Assembly (NCBI GenBank): GCA_038087875.1
Contig: CM075987.1
Location: 19,904,001 to 19,968,000 of the forward strand
Origin: Malacoraja senta
Lineage: Eukaryota
Direction: 5' to 3'
DNA length: 64,000 nt
In this document: in pieces, positions 63,821 through 64,000 of the stretch
Position numbering within the stretch: position 1 is the stretch's first letter
Layout: each line of letters opens with the position of its first letter
The notes under the pieces: generated by a model
What the model saw: the letters and a program-made list of their open reading frames with translations, nothing else
What the model was told of the DNA's origin: nothing
The model's database searches: none
Position numbers and translations under genes: made by a program

Positions 63821-64000
63821 TAAAAAAAATTTTTTTTTTTAATTACAATTTTTATTAGAGGTATCTGCATATCATAGTCCAAACCAATACAAACTTTGTT
63901 TAACGATTACATATTAAGTATCCAGAGTTCCGGGGATCCAGTTACCAAAGTAGCTGGGGTCCTCCTTTATCGGTTACATATTAACATTACCTCTAATTAT

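Overview
Eukaryotic (vertebrate) genomic DNA, most likely from a cartilaginous fish (skate/ray-like), judged from HE1-like V-SINEs and the CR1, Rex1 and Penelope families present. The window lies inside one + strand collagen gene. Seven short phase-0 Gly-X-Y exons (54, 54, 45, 54, 45, 54, 45 bp; 351 bp in total) with canonical AG/GT sites splice to a peptide that matches, from recall, the start of the triple helix of collagen XXVII (COL27A1), including the clade-C helix interruption. The rest is intron, densely filled with often nested transposons: CR1 LINEs (one long copy with an SGNH-esterase ORF1), Rex1/Babar LINEs, three IR/DR Tc1 elements, Penelope-like elements, tRNA-derived SINEs and a family of PIF/Harbinger elements with TTA target duplications. 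The most notable observations are: (1) a minimal hammerhead-ribozyme-like motif in the Penelope terminal repeat, which also spreads as ~125-bp units with their own TSDs; (2) a 1.26-kb Harbinger deletion derivative keeping pieces of both the transposase and the Myb/SANT-like gene, which identifies the likely mobiliser of six local MITEs; (3) fold-back and distantly templated filler at the 5' junctions of young CR1 insertions; (4) a candidate in-frame 39-bp non-collagenous cassette exon. Family names come from recalled motifs; no database search was run.
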